Positions 14,317 through 26,854 of a stretch of DNA of 64,000 nt are shown here, piece by piece. The notes under the pieces were generated by a model. It had not been told where the DNA came from. It made no database searches and saw only the letters and a program-made list of their open reading frames with translations. Made by a program: the position numbers and the translations under genes. Source of the DNA: Octopus bimaculoides (Eukaryota); contig NC_068984.1 in NCBI RefSeq assembly GCF_001194135.2, forward strand, positions 90,116,329 to 90,180,328, given 5' to 3'. Each line of letters starts with the position of its first letter. The stretch's first letter is position 1.

Positions 14317-15275
14317 NNNNNNNNNNNNNNNNNNNNNNNNNNNNNNNNNNNNNNNNNNNNNNNNNNNNNNNNNNNNNNNNNNNNNNNNNNNNNNNNNNNN
14401 NNNNNNNNNNNNNNNNNNNNNNNNNNNNNNNNNNNNNNNNNNNNNNNNNNNNNNNNNNNNNNNNNNNNNNNNNNNNNNNNNNNNNNNNNNNNNNNNNNNN
14501 NNNNNNNNNNNNNNNNNNNNNNNNNNNNNNNNNNNNNNNNNNNNNNNNNNNNNNNNNNNNNNNNNNNNNNNNNNNNNNNNNNNNNNNNNNNNNNNNNNNN
14601 NNNNNNNNNNNNNNNNNNNNNNNNNNNNNNNNNNNNNNNNNNNNNNNNNNNNNNNNNNNNNNNNNNNNNNNNNNNNNNNNNNNNNNNNNNNNNNNNNNNN
14701 NNNNNNNNNNNNNNNNNNNNNNNNNNNNNNNNNNNNNNNNNNNNNNNNNNNNNNNNNNNNNNNNNNNNNNNNNNNNNNNNNNNNNNNNNNNNNNNNNNNN
14801 NNNNNNNNNNNNNNNNNNNNNNNNNNNNNNNNNNNNNNNNNNNNNNNNNNNNNNNNNNNNNNNNNNNNNNNNNNNNNNNNNNNNNNNNNNNNNNNNNNNN
14901 NNNNNNNNNNNNNNNNNNNNNNNNNNNNNNNNNNNNNNNNNNNNNNNNNNNNNNNNNNNNNNNNNNNNNNNNNNNNNNNNNNNNNNNNNNNNNNNNNNNN
15001 NNNNNNNNNNNNNNNNNNNNNNNNNNNNNNNNNNNNNNNNNNNNNNNNNNNNNNNNNNNNNNNNNNNNNNNNNNNNNNNNNNNNNNNNNNNNNNNNNNNN
15101 NNNNNNNNNNNNNNNNNNNNNNNNNNNNNNNNNNNNNNNNNNNNNNNNNNNNNNNNNNNNNNNNNNNNNNNNNNNNNNNNNNNNNNNNNNNNNNNNNNNN
15201 NNNNNNNNNNNNNNNNNNNNNNNNNNNNNNNNNNNNNNNNNNNNNNNNNNNNNNNNNNNNNNNNNNNNNNNNNNN
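14317..15275. other. Assembly gap (largest of many N runs, nearly all flanked by AT or CA microsatellites)
   Basis: Run of N. It hides part of the likely GPCR 3' UTR. Confidence 1.
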
Positions 15276-15341
<66 letters not shown>

Positions 15342-15478
15342 CATACATATATACACACTCACACACCCAGACACACACGCAAGCACACATAATACACATA
15401 CACGCACTTATATCATATATTAAATATACTGGAATTCGTAACTAGTTTAATATAAGACAGCTACTATTATATTATTGT

Positions 15479-16177
15479 CTAATTTTCCAAAGTTGTCATC
15501 TCTACTGTGATAGTGGGACACGCCCTTGTGTAGTGTTCTTTGTAACAATCTGACTTCTCAATACGGCTTGAACTTATGAAGTGAGATCTAGTAGAATCTG
15601 GATTTGTATATGTAACTCTTCTCCATTTTGGACAATTAAGTGTTTTATAATTAATACTAAATATGAGGAATATATAAGGGTTAGCCGCCGAATTAATCGG
15701 GGCAATACCACCTAAAATGGAATATAAAGTGGGAGATATAATTTCATGGTTTCCATAAGACATTATCATCTCAGCTGTAAAATAGGGTAGCCAACAAATA
15801 ATATACATAGACACAATAACAAGTGTCATTTTCAAAGTCTTGATTTTTGCTTTCGGAAGAGAGCTTGACTTAGTGCTTTGTAGATGTACTTTTCCAGGTT
15901 TTCCGTTTGTAGTATTGTTACAAGATTGATTCTCTGTTGCCTTTTGAGCTATTTTGAGAAATATTCTTGCGTAGAACACGATTAAGAATATCAAAGGTAT
16001 AAAGAAGACCATAAATGCTACATAAGTGAGAAATATTTGACGGTGTAATTTTGGTTTGTCTCGAAAGATATTCTCACAACGATGTTGTCCATTTCGTTCG
16101 ACGTGTACAAATACAAATAACATTGGTAGGGATGCAAGTGCTGCAACAATCCAGCCCACTCCAGCCATTTTCCAGAT
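15479..16177 (-). CDS. Neuropeptide GPCR coding exon 2 (TM4-TM7 and C-tail, 232 aa plus TAG)
   Basis: Acceptor TTTCTTTTTATTATTTTGAAG|ATC at 16178/16177, phase 0. Encodes IWKMAGVGW (W4.50), ECL2 Cys (HRCEN), FFIPL (P5.50), LPKAKIKTLKMTLVIV, CWLPYF (TM6) and NSAANPYIF (TM7). Stop TAG at 15481-15479. Confidence 0.95.
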   Translation of the reverse strand: MWKMAGVGWIVAALASLPMLFVFVHVERNGQHRCENIFRDKPKLHRQIFLTYVAFMVFFIPLIFLIVFYARIFLKIAQKATENQSCNNTTNGKPGKVHLQSTKSSSLPKAKIKTLKMTLVIVSMYIICWLPYFTAEMIMSYGNHEIISPTLYSILGGIAPINSAANPYIFLIFSINYKTLNCPKWRRVTYTNPDSTRSHFISSSRIEKSDCYKEHYTRACPTITVEMTTLEN

Positions 16178-17808
16178 CTTCAAAATAATAAAAAGAAACA
16201 TTATTTTAAGGAACAATTTTACAATATCAAATTCAAAATCAAACGTTTGAACATAAATTTATTCAATAGTTGATAATCATTTCCTTGTAAATTTTGACAA
16301 TATTTGAATTTTCTTCTTTTAATTTTGGGTTCAAATGCCACCATATGTTACTTTGCTTTTCATTTCTTTGTTGATGGTTTATTTTAAAATATAATAGTTC
16401 AATCAGTTCAGTTATCTTTAATGAACCAACTTGATCACTCAATCTGCTAAAATAGCAGCCATATGCCAGAAATCACATCCTACAGTCTTGAAAAGGAAAG
16501 GCAATTTGCGTAATGTAGTTCTAGATATGTTATGCATGAGAAAAAGACATTGTTATAACTCGAACGCCTTTAAATACAGGTTTGCTTCTTCATGGCTAAT
16601 GTAAGTCTAAAATAACGACTTTACCTAATAATAGAAATGTTTGTTTGATTTTTGTCTGTTTTACAAGGGCAATATAAGTTTTATTAGAAAAATGCTTAAT
16701 TTTACTTCTTGGTTGTGTCATCGTTAAATACTCTTCTGTAAGACGCTAATAGCAAAACTAAAATTCTGGTTTAGGACAACAAAAACAAAAATCCTGAAAA
16801 TATATCCATTCGGCCACATTGGTTTTGCTAGATCCAGTAATATACGAGTAGTTTCATAAAATATACTTAGCAAGAATGCTAAACTGATTCTGAACAAATG
16901 TGAGATGATGAATGTTAACATTTAAGCATCAAATAGCTACTGTTGCTTTGGCTAGAGGTATTTTCTGTAGATTATACAAATACAACATGAAAAATGAATA
17001 TTTTCTGAGTGAAATATCTTCATACATCCATACTAAATCGGAAAGATAACATTGTCTTTCCCTAGTATATTAGACAATACTATCTAATTGTGGTATTGTT
17101 GTACTGTTGATATCGGTCAGATAGTGTAAACTACAGTTTGGAGACCGTATAACATTAACATCATTTACCGTTCCAAAGTATAGTAATTTATCATCAAACC
17201 ACCCTCGAAACAGAGAAAACTCAGTGTCAAATTATTCTTCTATCCTAACAGATGTAAACTTCATCTAAAATAACATGAAGCCTCTGTTACATCTACATTA
17301 ACCTAATGCCTCCGTTAAATATGACACAAACAACATAATTGCAAAAAGAAAACTATGTTATGACAAGGCGTGAAAAGTTGCAGAGGAAATCGTGGAAATA
17401 TGCTACTGTTCAATGCGGAATATCTTCATCCAGTAAGAAGCGAAAATGATATATTTCATTTTAAGTGCTGTCGCTCTTGTAATGCCATCAATCGAAATAT
17501 TTGTTCGAAACTGTTCTAAAGGGATCATCGACAAACGGGAAACTCTGAGTACTAAATAGTTTTAGCACTACCAGAATTGTTTAGGCTACTATTTATTCTG
17601 TTTCTAAAATTAAACGCACATACACACATATATATATATATACACACAGATAGAGACTTACGCACATATATACATACGTACATATATGTGTGTGATTTGG
17701 TGTGGTGTGGTGTGGTATGTGTGTGTGTGTATGTAAAAACATTCTTTGAATATTTACCGTGCGACTCTTAAACTATCTCTTTGCTTTCCTTGCTTGCCTC
17801 CGTTGTAC

Positions 17809-17908
<100 letters not shown>

Positions 17909-18533
17909 AGTCCTTCTGCTCTCTACAACTCTTCCTCTCTTCTATCATGTTACCGGTATCCAGCCAAGGCGTTGTCGTTCTTTTTCGGCCTACGTCTGAC
18001 CAGACTGATTACGTTGTCTGGGCTACTGCTCTGTCCCTTATGACTTCTCTATTTACCCTTTGTGCCAACCCACTACGTTCGTTTGGTAACCGAAAGGCTC
18101 TTTCTGTTGTATATGTTGTATAATTATTCTTTAAGAGATGTATAGCCGAAAGGCCTTTTTCTGTTGAAAATGTATAATTCTTTTTCTGCTGTATTTGTAT
18201 TATTATTTTGTTGTTGCATACGTATTATTTTAGCTTGTCTTGTTTGTTTTTGTCCTTGTATACATTCGTTAGCTTTTCCAGGAAGCTTAATGCTCGGGCG
18301 CTCCCAAAATGGTGTTGCCCCAATGTAAAAAGCGCGAAACCACTATGGTATCTTGGGCATTGAGTGACGAGGAAATCAGCTGCGAATTTTCCGCGTATCG
18401 TGTGTTTAACTACCTTTGCGTTGGTTATGTCTTCGTCTAGTTTTCCGTTTGTTGTGATTTCGTTGATTTTCCGTTTGCTGTTTTCGTATATTTTTTCTCT
18501 TTGTTGTGTTGTTTCGCTTCCACCCCCTTATAA

Positions 18534-18639
<106 letters not shown>

Positions 18640-18981
18640 NNNNNNNNNNNNNNNNNNNNNNNNNNNNNNNNNNNNNNNNNNNNNNNNNNNNNNNNNNNNN
18701 NNNNNNNNNNNNNNNNNNNNNNNNNNNNNNNNNNNNNNNNNNNNNNNNNNNNNNNNNNNNNNNNNNNNNNNNNNNNNNNNNNNNNNNNNNNNNNNNNNNN
18801 NNNNNNNNNNNNNNNNNNNNNNNNNNNNNNNNNNNNNNNNNNNNNNNNNNNNNNNNNNNNNNNNNNNNNNNNNNNNNNNNNNNNNNNNNNNNNNNNNNNN
18901 NNNNNNNNNNNNNNNNNNNNNNNNNNNNNNNNNNNNNNNNNNNNNNNNNNNNNNNNNNNNNNNNNNNNNNNNNTATATATA

Positions 18982-19085
18982 TACGACGGGCGTCTTTCAG
19001 TTCCCGTCTACCAAATCTACTCACAAGGCTTTGGTCGGCCCTAAGCTATAGTAGATGACACTTGCTCAAGGTGCCATGCTGTGGT
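18982..19085 (-). mobile_element. tRNA-derived SINE fragment (same family as 24305-24432)
   Basis: The reverse complement catggcaccttgagcaagtgtcatctactatagcttagggccgaccaaagccttgt is about 80% identical by eye to 24361-24422. Confidence 0.75.
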
Positions 19086-19159
19086 ATTAAATATTTGACA
19101 CTGCAGAATCAAAAGAGGTGATCTATTATTGGTCAAATATTCCTTTGACCATTTTCTAA

Positions 19160-19366
19160 GTTGATGGTTTCATCTTCTGATATCTCAGAGGGGTTCATTG
19201 TTGCCTAGTTCTTTTTCCCTTGTTCGGTCTTAGGATTATAGTCTGGGTCATTTTCTCTATCATACTTGTTACCTTCATGCTCCTCCTCATCACCCTCCAC
19301 TTCAAAATCTTCTTCCAATGCTTCACCAGTAAAATACAAAGCAACCTTTGAGATGATTCTTTCTCG
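19160..19366 (-). pseudogene. Nap1: Nucleosome assembly protein 1 (NAP1/NAP1L1-like) C-terminal fragment, probably processed
   Basis: Minus strand from 19366 gives RERIISKVALYFTGEALEEDFEVEGDEEEHEGNKYDRENDPDYNPKTEQGKKN, TAG (19207-19205), then ATMNPSE. This parallels the NAP1L1 C-terminus recalled from memory (RERIIPRSVLYFTGEAIEDDDDD...EENDPDYDPKKDQNPAECKQQ). There is no polypyrimidine acceptor upstream. Confidence 0.85.
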
Positions 19367-20185
19367 TACTTTGTTTATCATTTTGTCCAGGTTTTTTTTT
19401 GCAACGTCCTGTACCCAGATATGTATCTATATATACATGTAGATGTAGGCATGTACATACATGTACGTATATATGCATATACTCATTTATTATTTGTATT
19501 ACATGATCGAACGCACGCGTCATTCCTACAAGTAATTTTTTTAACTTTATATTTCTGACGCGGCTCTATCTATCTTTGTATCGTTCTCTCCCTCTCGTTT
19601 TTCCTTCTGTTACTACTATACCTCTCTCTTCCTCCCTGTCTCTCGTTGCTCACCTATATTCTACTTCCTCCCCTTTTCTCCCTCTACCACTCTTTCTCCT
19701 TACCCCTCGCTTGTCACATGTGTCCAGCCACTACTTCCTTTCTTATCTTGGCTATCGCCAAGCACGCACATGAACATTCTTCGTCCCGCTTCCTTCCAGT
19801 TCGTTGCTTCACAGCATTCAGTATACACATATTTTTTCACGTCTGGCCGTATAGCTTTTTTTGTTTGTTTTCACTGTTTCGTTTTCCTGTCTTGTTTACT
19901 GTCTGCCACTACATTCCACCATGGTACAAATTTAATTTGTGGTCCGTGGGAAGAGCCATTCTAACGATGCGTACTGCCCTAACTCTTCGAAACGCTTAGT
20001 TTTAGAATGGTCGCAGCTGATGAAGGAAATGTTCTCTATGTGGCCTGTGTGTTTTCTGTACTCTGTTTATCATTTTGTCCACGTTTTTTGCAACGTCCTG
20101 TACCCAGGTATGCATCTATATATACATGTAGATGTAGGTATGTACATACATGTACGTATATATGCATATACTCATTTATTATTTG

Positions 20186-20190
<5 letters not shown>
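19366..20190 (+). mobile_element. Penelope-type pseudo-LTR-like unit with its 3' about 135 bp duplicated at its 5' end
   Basis: Direct repeat 19366-19501 / 20058-20190 (over 90% identical). Contains GAAA (19989) and CTGATGAAGG (20017) in the same arrangement as the minus-strand relic at about 40640-41140. Confidence 0.5.
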
Positions 20191-20220
<30 letters not shown>

Positions 20221-21083
20221 NNNNNNNNNNNNNNNNNNNNNNNNNNNNNNNNNNNNNNNNNNNNNNNNNNNNNNNNNNNNNNNNNNNNNNNNNNNNNNNN
20301 NNNNNNNNNNNNNNNNNNNNNNNNNNNNNNNNNNNNNNNNNNNNNNNNNNNNNNNNNNNNNNNNNNNNNNNNNNNNNNNNNNNNNNNNNNNNNNNNNNNN
20401 NNNNNNNNNNNNNNNNNNNNNNNNNNNNNNNNNNNNNNNNNNNNNNNNNNNNNNNNNNNNNNNNNNNNNNNNNNNNNNNNNNNNNNNNNNNNNNNNNNNN
20501 NNNNNNNNNNNNNNNNNNNNNNNNNNNNNNNNNNNNNNNNNNNNNNNNNNNNNNNNNNNNNNNNNNNNNNNNNNNNNNNNNNNNNNNNNNNNNNNNNNNN
20601 NNNNNNNNNNNNNNNNNNNNNNNNNNNNNNNNNNNNNNNNNNNNNNNNNNNNNNNNNNNNNNNNNNNNNNNNNNNNNNNNNNNNNNNNNNNNNNNNNNNN
20701 NNNNNNNNNNNNNNNNNNNNNNNNNNNNNNNNNNNNNNNNNNNNNNNNNNNNNNNNNNNNNNNNNNNNNNNNNNNNNNNNNNNNNNNNNNNNNNNNNNNN
20801 NNNNNNNNNNNNNNNNNNNNNNNNNNNNNNNNNNNNNNNNNNNNNNNNNNNNNNNNNNNNNNNNNNNNNNNNNNNNNNNNNNNNNNNNNNNNNNNNNNNN
20901 NNNNNNNNNNNNNNNNNNNNNNNNNNNNNNNNNNNNNNNNNNNNNNNNNNNNNNNNNNNNNNNNNNNNNNNNNNNNNNNNNNNNNNNNNNNNNNNNNNNN
21001 NNNNNNNNNNNNNNNNNNNNNNNNNNNNNNNNNNNNNNNNNNNNNNNNNNNNNNNNNNNNNNNNNNNNNNNNNNNNNNNTATA

Positions 21084-22269
21084 CAGAGGTTGGGCAATAT
21101 AATGGAAGCGCCTTAAAACTTCAAACAAATTTATTTTAATATGGAGTAGGACCGCTTTTGGCAGTAATTACAGCTTGAATTCTACGAGGTATGGACTCGT
21201 ACAAAGTTTAAATTGTTTCCAAAGGAATTTTGTCCATTCTTGAGCTAAAACAGTCTTCAGTTCTTGTGTTGATGGTGGAGGATATCGACTCCTTACTTGT
21301 TTTTCTAAAATGCACCATAAATGTTGAATAATATTGTGATCTGGGGACTGTAGTGGCCAGATAAGATGTTCAGCTTCATAAGAATGTACTTCGTGCCATT
21401 CAGTAACAACTTTAGCTGTGTAAATTTGTGCATTATCATCCTGAAAGATTGCGTTTCCGTCCGGAAACAGTTCCTCAACCATAGGAGAAACCATTGGGCC
21501 GGCGGATTTCCAAGATCATCACAGATCCTCCTCCATGTTTAACAGTTGGAAGAAAGCAGTCTGGGTCAAATGCTTCTTTTAGATGTCTCCTCGCGTATAC
21601 TCGGCCAGTGGTCAGAATTAAGGTAAAGGATGACTCGTCCAAGAAAATAACATTCTTCCACTGCTCTAGGGACCAATTCTGTAGGTTTCTACTCCGCTCT
21701 AAACGCTTTGCAACGTTTGTTTTTGAAAGTAGTGGTTTTCTGATTGCAGCCCTCCCATGAAATCCGGCTTTGTTCAGCTCTCGGCGAACAGGTTTTGTGG
21801 AAACTGGACTCTCGAGGTGGTAATTAAGCTTTGCAGTAATTTTGAGAACTGTACTTTTATGATCCTTTCTACAATTCGCGTAAGAGTCAAACGGTCCCTG
21901 TCTGAAAGTTTTGGTTTTCTTCCGGAGTTTTGTTTCGACAAAGAGGTTTTTCCCTCTTTCTAAAAAGCTGTCATTACTTTCACGGCAGCATTTCTTGATA
22001 CTCCAAATATTTCAGCTGTTTTCGGTAGACTAGCGCCTACCATACGAGTACGAACAATTTGACCTCTTTGAAAGTCCGATAGATCTGTCATTTTAATGAA
22101 TTTTTATTACCTTTTTCTGATGGTATCCCAAAAGAAACAGCAATTTTAACAAAACATATTAAGCAACACTGATAATAAATCAAAAAACATAAAAATAAAC
22201 AAGCTTCTGACAGTTTTATAAATATTTCTAAATTATGATGTTATGATGCTAGGTGTTTCCATTATTTTG

Positions 22270-22277
<8 letters not shown>
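21084..22277 (-). mobile_element. Tc1-family (DD34E) DNA transposon, decayed
   Basis: ORF 21168-21494 has FQDDNAQIYTA and WPLQSPDHNIIQHLW. TIR ta|cagaggttgggcaatataatggaagcgcc versus ggtgtttccattattttgtacccct at the other end. Confidence 0.9.
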
Positions 22278-22361
<84 letters not shown>

Positions 22362-23109
22362 CTCTGTCTTTTATTCTTTAGTCTTTCTGCCCTTTACAAG
22401 GATATTGATAGCTACCAGTTCTTCGACAAACCATGGATTGTTCTGGGTGAAAGATAGATGTGTTTGGTATTTCTATGATCGAAGGGTTAATAAAACCCTA
22501 GGTAAAAGATAATGTCAGTTAGCAGTTCCATAGGTAAAGTTTCGAGGGAAATCCTTAGCAAAGCATAATGGAAGTTACTAGTTCCATCTGTGATAGAAAG
22601 TTAATCAGACTTAAGTTTGAAGGCCTTGGGAAAAAATATTATCGTGTGAAAGAGAGATAGAGTGGAAAATGTATGAGATTAGATAGAGACTAGCCTATAT
22701 AATGAGGATGTGTTTCACATGTTGGATAAGGAGATGTATGGGTACACACACACACACACATACACACACACACACACTCACACACACACACACACACACA
22801 CATGTATATATACACACACACACACACATGTATATACACACACACACTGAAACACACATTAACACACATATATCATTGCTCATGTACTTGTACATACACA
22901 TATACACATACATGCAGAGGTATATGCCCATACATGTACACACAAGCAGATACACACACGTACGCAGCCATACATATATACATACGCATGTGTATAGAGA
23001 TGGGGATATACAGATGCATGGACAGAAATTCGGAAAAATATTGTTACACTTGCAATGGTATACGATTTGAAGAAGTCATAGAGGTTGATGGGATCGGGTT
23101 GTTAGTCTC

Positions 23110-23830
23110 CCAGAAAGAAAGTTTATCTAACGAGGTGACACTGGGAAAAGAACGTGCTGAAAATACAAATAAGACAACAGAAGTTCCACCTTCACCACTT
23201 AAATTGGTAACAGAAGTTATTGCTAAAGGGTTGACACTTATATAGGAAGGTCTGCAGGGTTTTGTTGATAATGATCCTAATCATGAACGCTATATAAAAA
23301 TAACAATGAGCTCAGTTCCTATACTGAACTGCACAATGAGATGATGCATCGTAAACAATAAACGACTTTGGATAAGTTCTTCACCCGACAAGTTGATGTT
23401 CGGGATAATGAACTATAAGGTAGTAAGTATTGTCCCCCACCCTCGTAGTATCGCCCATTTCACCATCCCACCACATATAATAGTTAACATCTTTTGCGGT
23501 AAGAACGTATTCTTACGATATTACGATTCTTATAAATTCCCTAACGTATTCCTCCTGAAATATTTTTGCGTTTTTATCTATCTACATGGTATCTACATGG
23601 TTTTTATATATCTACATGGTATCTTTCAGGTTTAGAAATTGCTATTTTTGTGTATGAAAGTGATCGTGCTGTTTATTTTTTGTTGATCCTTCTTTTTTCT
23701 TCCCGAAAAAGACCGTAGGAACGAAACCTCACTTCATAATACCAAAATAAAGAGGAAAATTAATTTCTCACAACGCATTTCGCGTTACGGCCAGGTTTTA
23801 AAGAAAATGCATTACTTCCGTAAAGAGAGG
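23110..23830 (+). mobile_element. Tigger/pogo-like transposon 3' fragment
   Basis: Translation KLVTEVIAKGLTLI*EGLQGFVDNDPNHERY...HRKQ*TTLDKFF resembles Tigger transposase C-termini (DPNxER, QTTLDxFF). Confidence 0.55.
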
Positions 23831-24304
23831 CATCTTGTGCATGTATATAAGTACACTTGCGTGTGTGTGTGTGCCTCTGCGTATGTGTGTATCTGTCAAT
23901 ATCAGCTCACAATCTCTATTTCTCTCTCTCTCTCACTCTCTCTCTCACTCTCTCTCTCTCTCTCTTTTTTTTTTTCTCTCTCCCTCTATCTCAAAACACA
24001 CGCTGTTATCTGCAACATGTCCCCCGTCAATCCCCTTTTCGACTTATTAATCATCAATCATCAATCTGGCTAATGTCCTGAGGCAGAAAAATCTTTGACA
24101 CGAATAAACGCTTTCTATTTACTTTCCTTTCATTGTCTTGGATTCTTTCGCTTTCTATTTCCATTCTTAATTATATTTTTACGTTTTCTTTTCTACTTCT
24201 TCACATACGAATTCTTCATATACCTATCTTTATATATACATACATACATACATACGTACATACATACATGCATACATACATGCATGCATACATATATATA
24301 CTAT

Positions 24305-24432
24305 AGGTGCAGGAGTGTGGTAAGAAGCTTGCTTCCCAGCTACATTTTCCAGGTTCAGTCCCACTGCGTGGCACCTTGGGCATGTGTCCTCTACTATAAC
24401 ATCGGGCTGACCAAGGCCTTGTTGGTGAATTA
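24305..24432 (+). mobile_element. tRNA-derived SINE 5' part
   Basis: gtgtggtaagaagcttgcttccca...ggttcagtcccactgcgtggcaccttgggc is a tRNA-like head with A/B-box-like motifs and shares sequence with 18982-19085. Confidence 0.75.
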
Positions 24433-25208
24433 TTGTTCTTAAAAACTAAATTAATAACTGAATGTATAAATTAATATTTGCCGATTACTTCAATTAGTCA
24501 TCACACATTTTGCAGTAAGAGCATAGGAAAAGTACCATAGGGACACCGATCAAATGCATAAAATGATATACTGAATAATTTTGATACATACCCTTTCAAT
24601 TTTTTTTTTAAATCTCGGCTAATTGTTCGAACAATTGATTAACCAATCAATGCATTATATGCTACGATTACAATGCACATTGTATATATATNNNNNNNNN
24701 NNNNNNNNNNNNNNNNNNNNNNNNNNNNNNNNNNNNNNNNNNNNNNNNNNNNNNNNNNNNNNNNNNNNNNNNNNNNNNNNNNNNNNNNNNNNNNNNNNNN
24801 NNNNNNNNNNNNNNNNNNNNNATATATATATATATATACCTGGTTTGTGGTTATCCCTAATTGCATAATATTTTTATTTGTGCTGTTAAATGTTTTAATT
24901 CTTTCTGTTTTCCTCGCATACTGTTTTTCTCTGTTATATTGGTGCGCTACGGTGGATTATTTAAGACTTGGCTCTTATTTTTAGTAGGCAGATGCTCACT
25001 AAGCATCATTACGCTTCGTGCAAATTTATATTTCATAGCTCCTTAAAGCTATCATAACTGCGTTCCACCCATGCTACTATTGGTGATATCATCAAATTTT
25101 GAATTTATCCACAGATGATATGAACAGTAGTGACATCTAACTTCAAATCTCAGTGTTTGAATATTTCATTTATTTATATATATATGGGTGTACGTGTGTG
25201 TGTTTATG

Positions 25209-25251
<43 letters not shown>

Positions 25252-25299
25252 ACGGGTACATAGATGCATGTACTATCTAATATATCTGTATAAATGTAT

Positions 25300-25343
<44 letters not shown>

Positions 25344-26605
25344 GTACATATGTATATATATATTTATATATATAACACCATATACATGTACATGTACTTA
25401 TACATAAACATACGTACAAAACTCAGAGAGGCATATATTTGTTTTGTATATCAATATAGAAAATATTGTATTTTCAAATTTGTCACGATTTGCTATAGAA
25501 ACACAGGATTTGTTTATCTTTATTTGATCACCTGACAATGAATATATTTCAGTTGAGAAATATTTCTCATTTAATTAACCTAATGAATACAACGTGGTGA
25601 GTTTTATTTCTATGTTCTAATGTACAGGTAATTATGTACATTGTTGTAAATTATTTATACCTTTTTTCATCGAAGAATCATATATTTGTTGATTAACAGA
25701 AGTAAGTGTAACGTTCAAATATGTCGAAAGCTATACCACAAAGCAACTAAATAAAAATTTAACATTGATAATAATTCTAATTTGCATTAATTTTATCAAT
25801 ATTTTTACCAAATTTTTAACTATCTTTATTTTGATAATTTTAAAAATATTAAAGAATGACAATAATTTAGACAATATCTACAATTATTTAATAGTCTTTA
25901 CTTAGCAAATTGATATTTCACTTTGTGCTTAGTATATCATTAATCATCCAAAGAAAAGGAAATGTGATTTTAACAAATAGTCTACTATTTTGATTTTTTT
26001 AAATTTCCTGGCAGAAGTTTTGATCAAATCTAAATTCCTTACTGTTCATTCCAATAAGTCGTATCCAATAAATTAAGTAAAGTTCACATTAGAACTATTT
26101 CCANNNNNNNNNNNNNNNNNNNNNNNNNNNNNNNNNNNNNNNNNNNNNNNNNNNNNNNNNNNNNNNNNNNNNNNNNNNNNNNNNNNNNNNNNNNNNNNNN
26201 NNNNNNNNNNNNNNNNNNNNNNNNNNNNNNNNNNNNNNNNNNNNNNNNNNNNNNNNNNNNNNNNNNNNNNNNNNNNNNNNNNNNNNNNNNNNNNNNNNNN
26301 NNNNNNNNNNNNNNNNNNNNNNNNNNNNNNNNNNNNNNNNNNNNNNNNNNNNNNNNNNNNNNNNNNNNNNNNNNNNNNNNNNNNNNNNNNNNNNNNNNNN
26401 NNNNNNNNNNNNNNNNNNNNNNNNNNNNNNNNNNNNNNNNNNNNNNNNNNNNNNNNNNNNNNNNNNNNNNNNNNNNNNNNNNNNNNNNNNNNNNNNNNNN
26501 NNNNNNNNNNNNNNNNNNNNNNNNNNNNNNNNNNNNNNNNNNNNNNNNNNNNNNNNNNNNNNNNNNNNNNNNNNNNNNNNNNNNNNNNNNNNNNNNNNNN
26601 NNNNN

Positions 26606-26643
<38 letters not shown>

Positions 26644-26854
26644 AAAGACCAAATTGTTCACCATGTAATTCTTTAATGTTTGATATTTCCCTGATAATAT
26701 TTTGCTCACAACTTATAAATGTAAATATATTACATAAATTTGTAATTTATTGAGTATTAATTGAAGCAGTTGTAGGAATGATTATCAATAAGTTAATAAG
26801 TTAATCATTAACCATTACCTCTCCCTTTTCTTCTCTTAATTATATATATATATA

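Noticed and set aside
16178-16216. N-terminal MFLKIMFLFIILK of ORF 15479..16216, and likewise C-terminal VSINIQYG of ORF 33890..34390
   Set aside because: These are the intron polypyrimidine tract and donor read-through; the splice sites give a cleaner 7TM protein.
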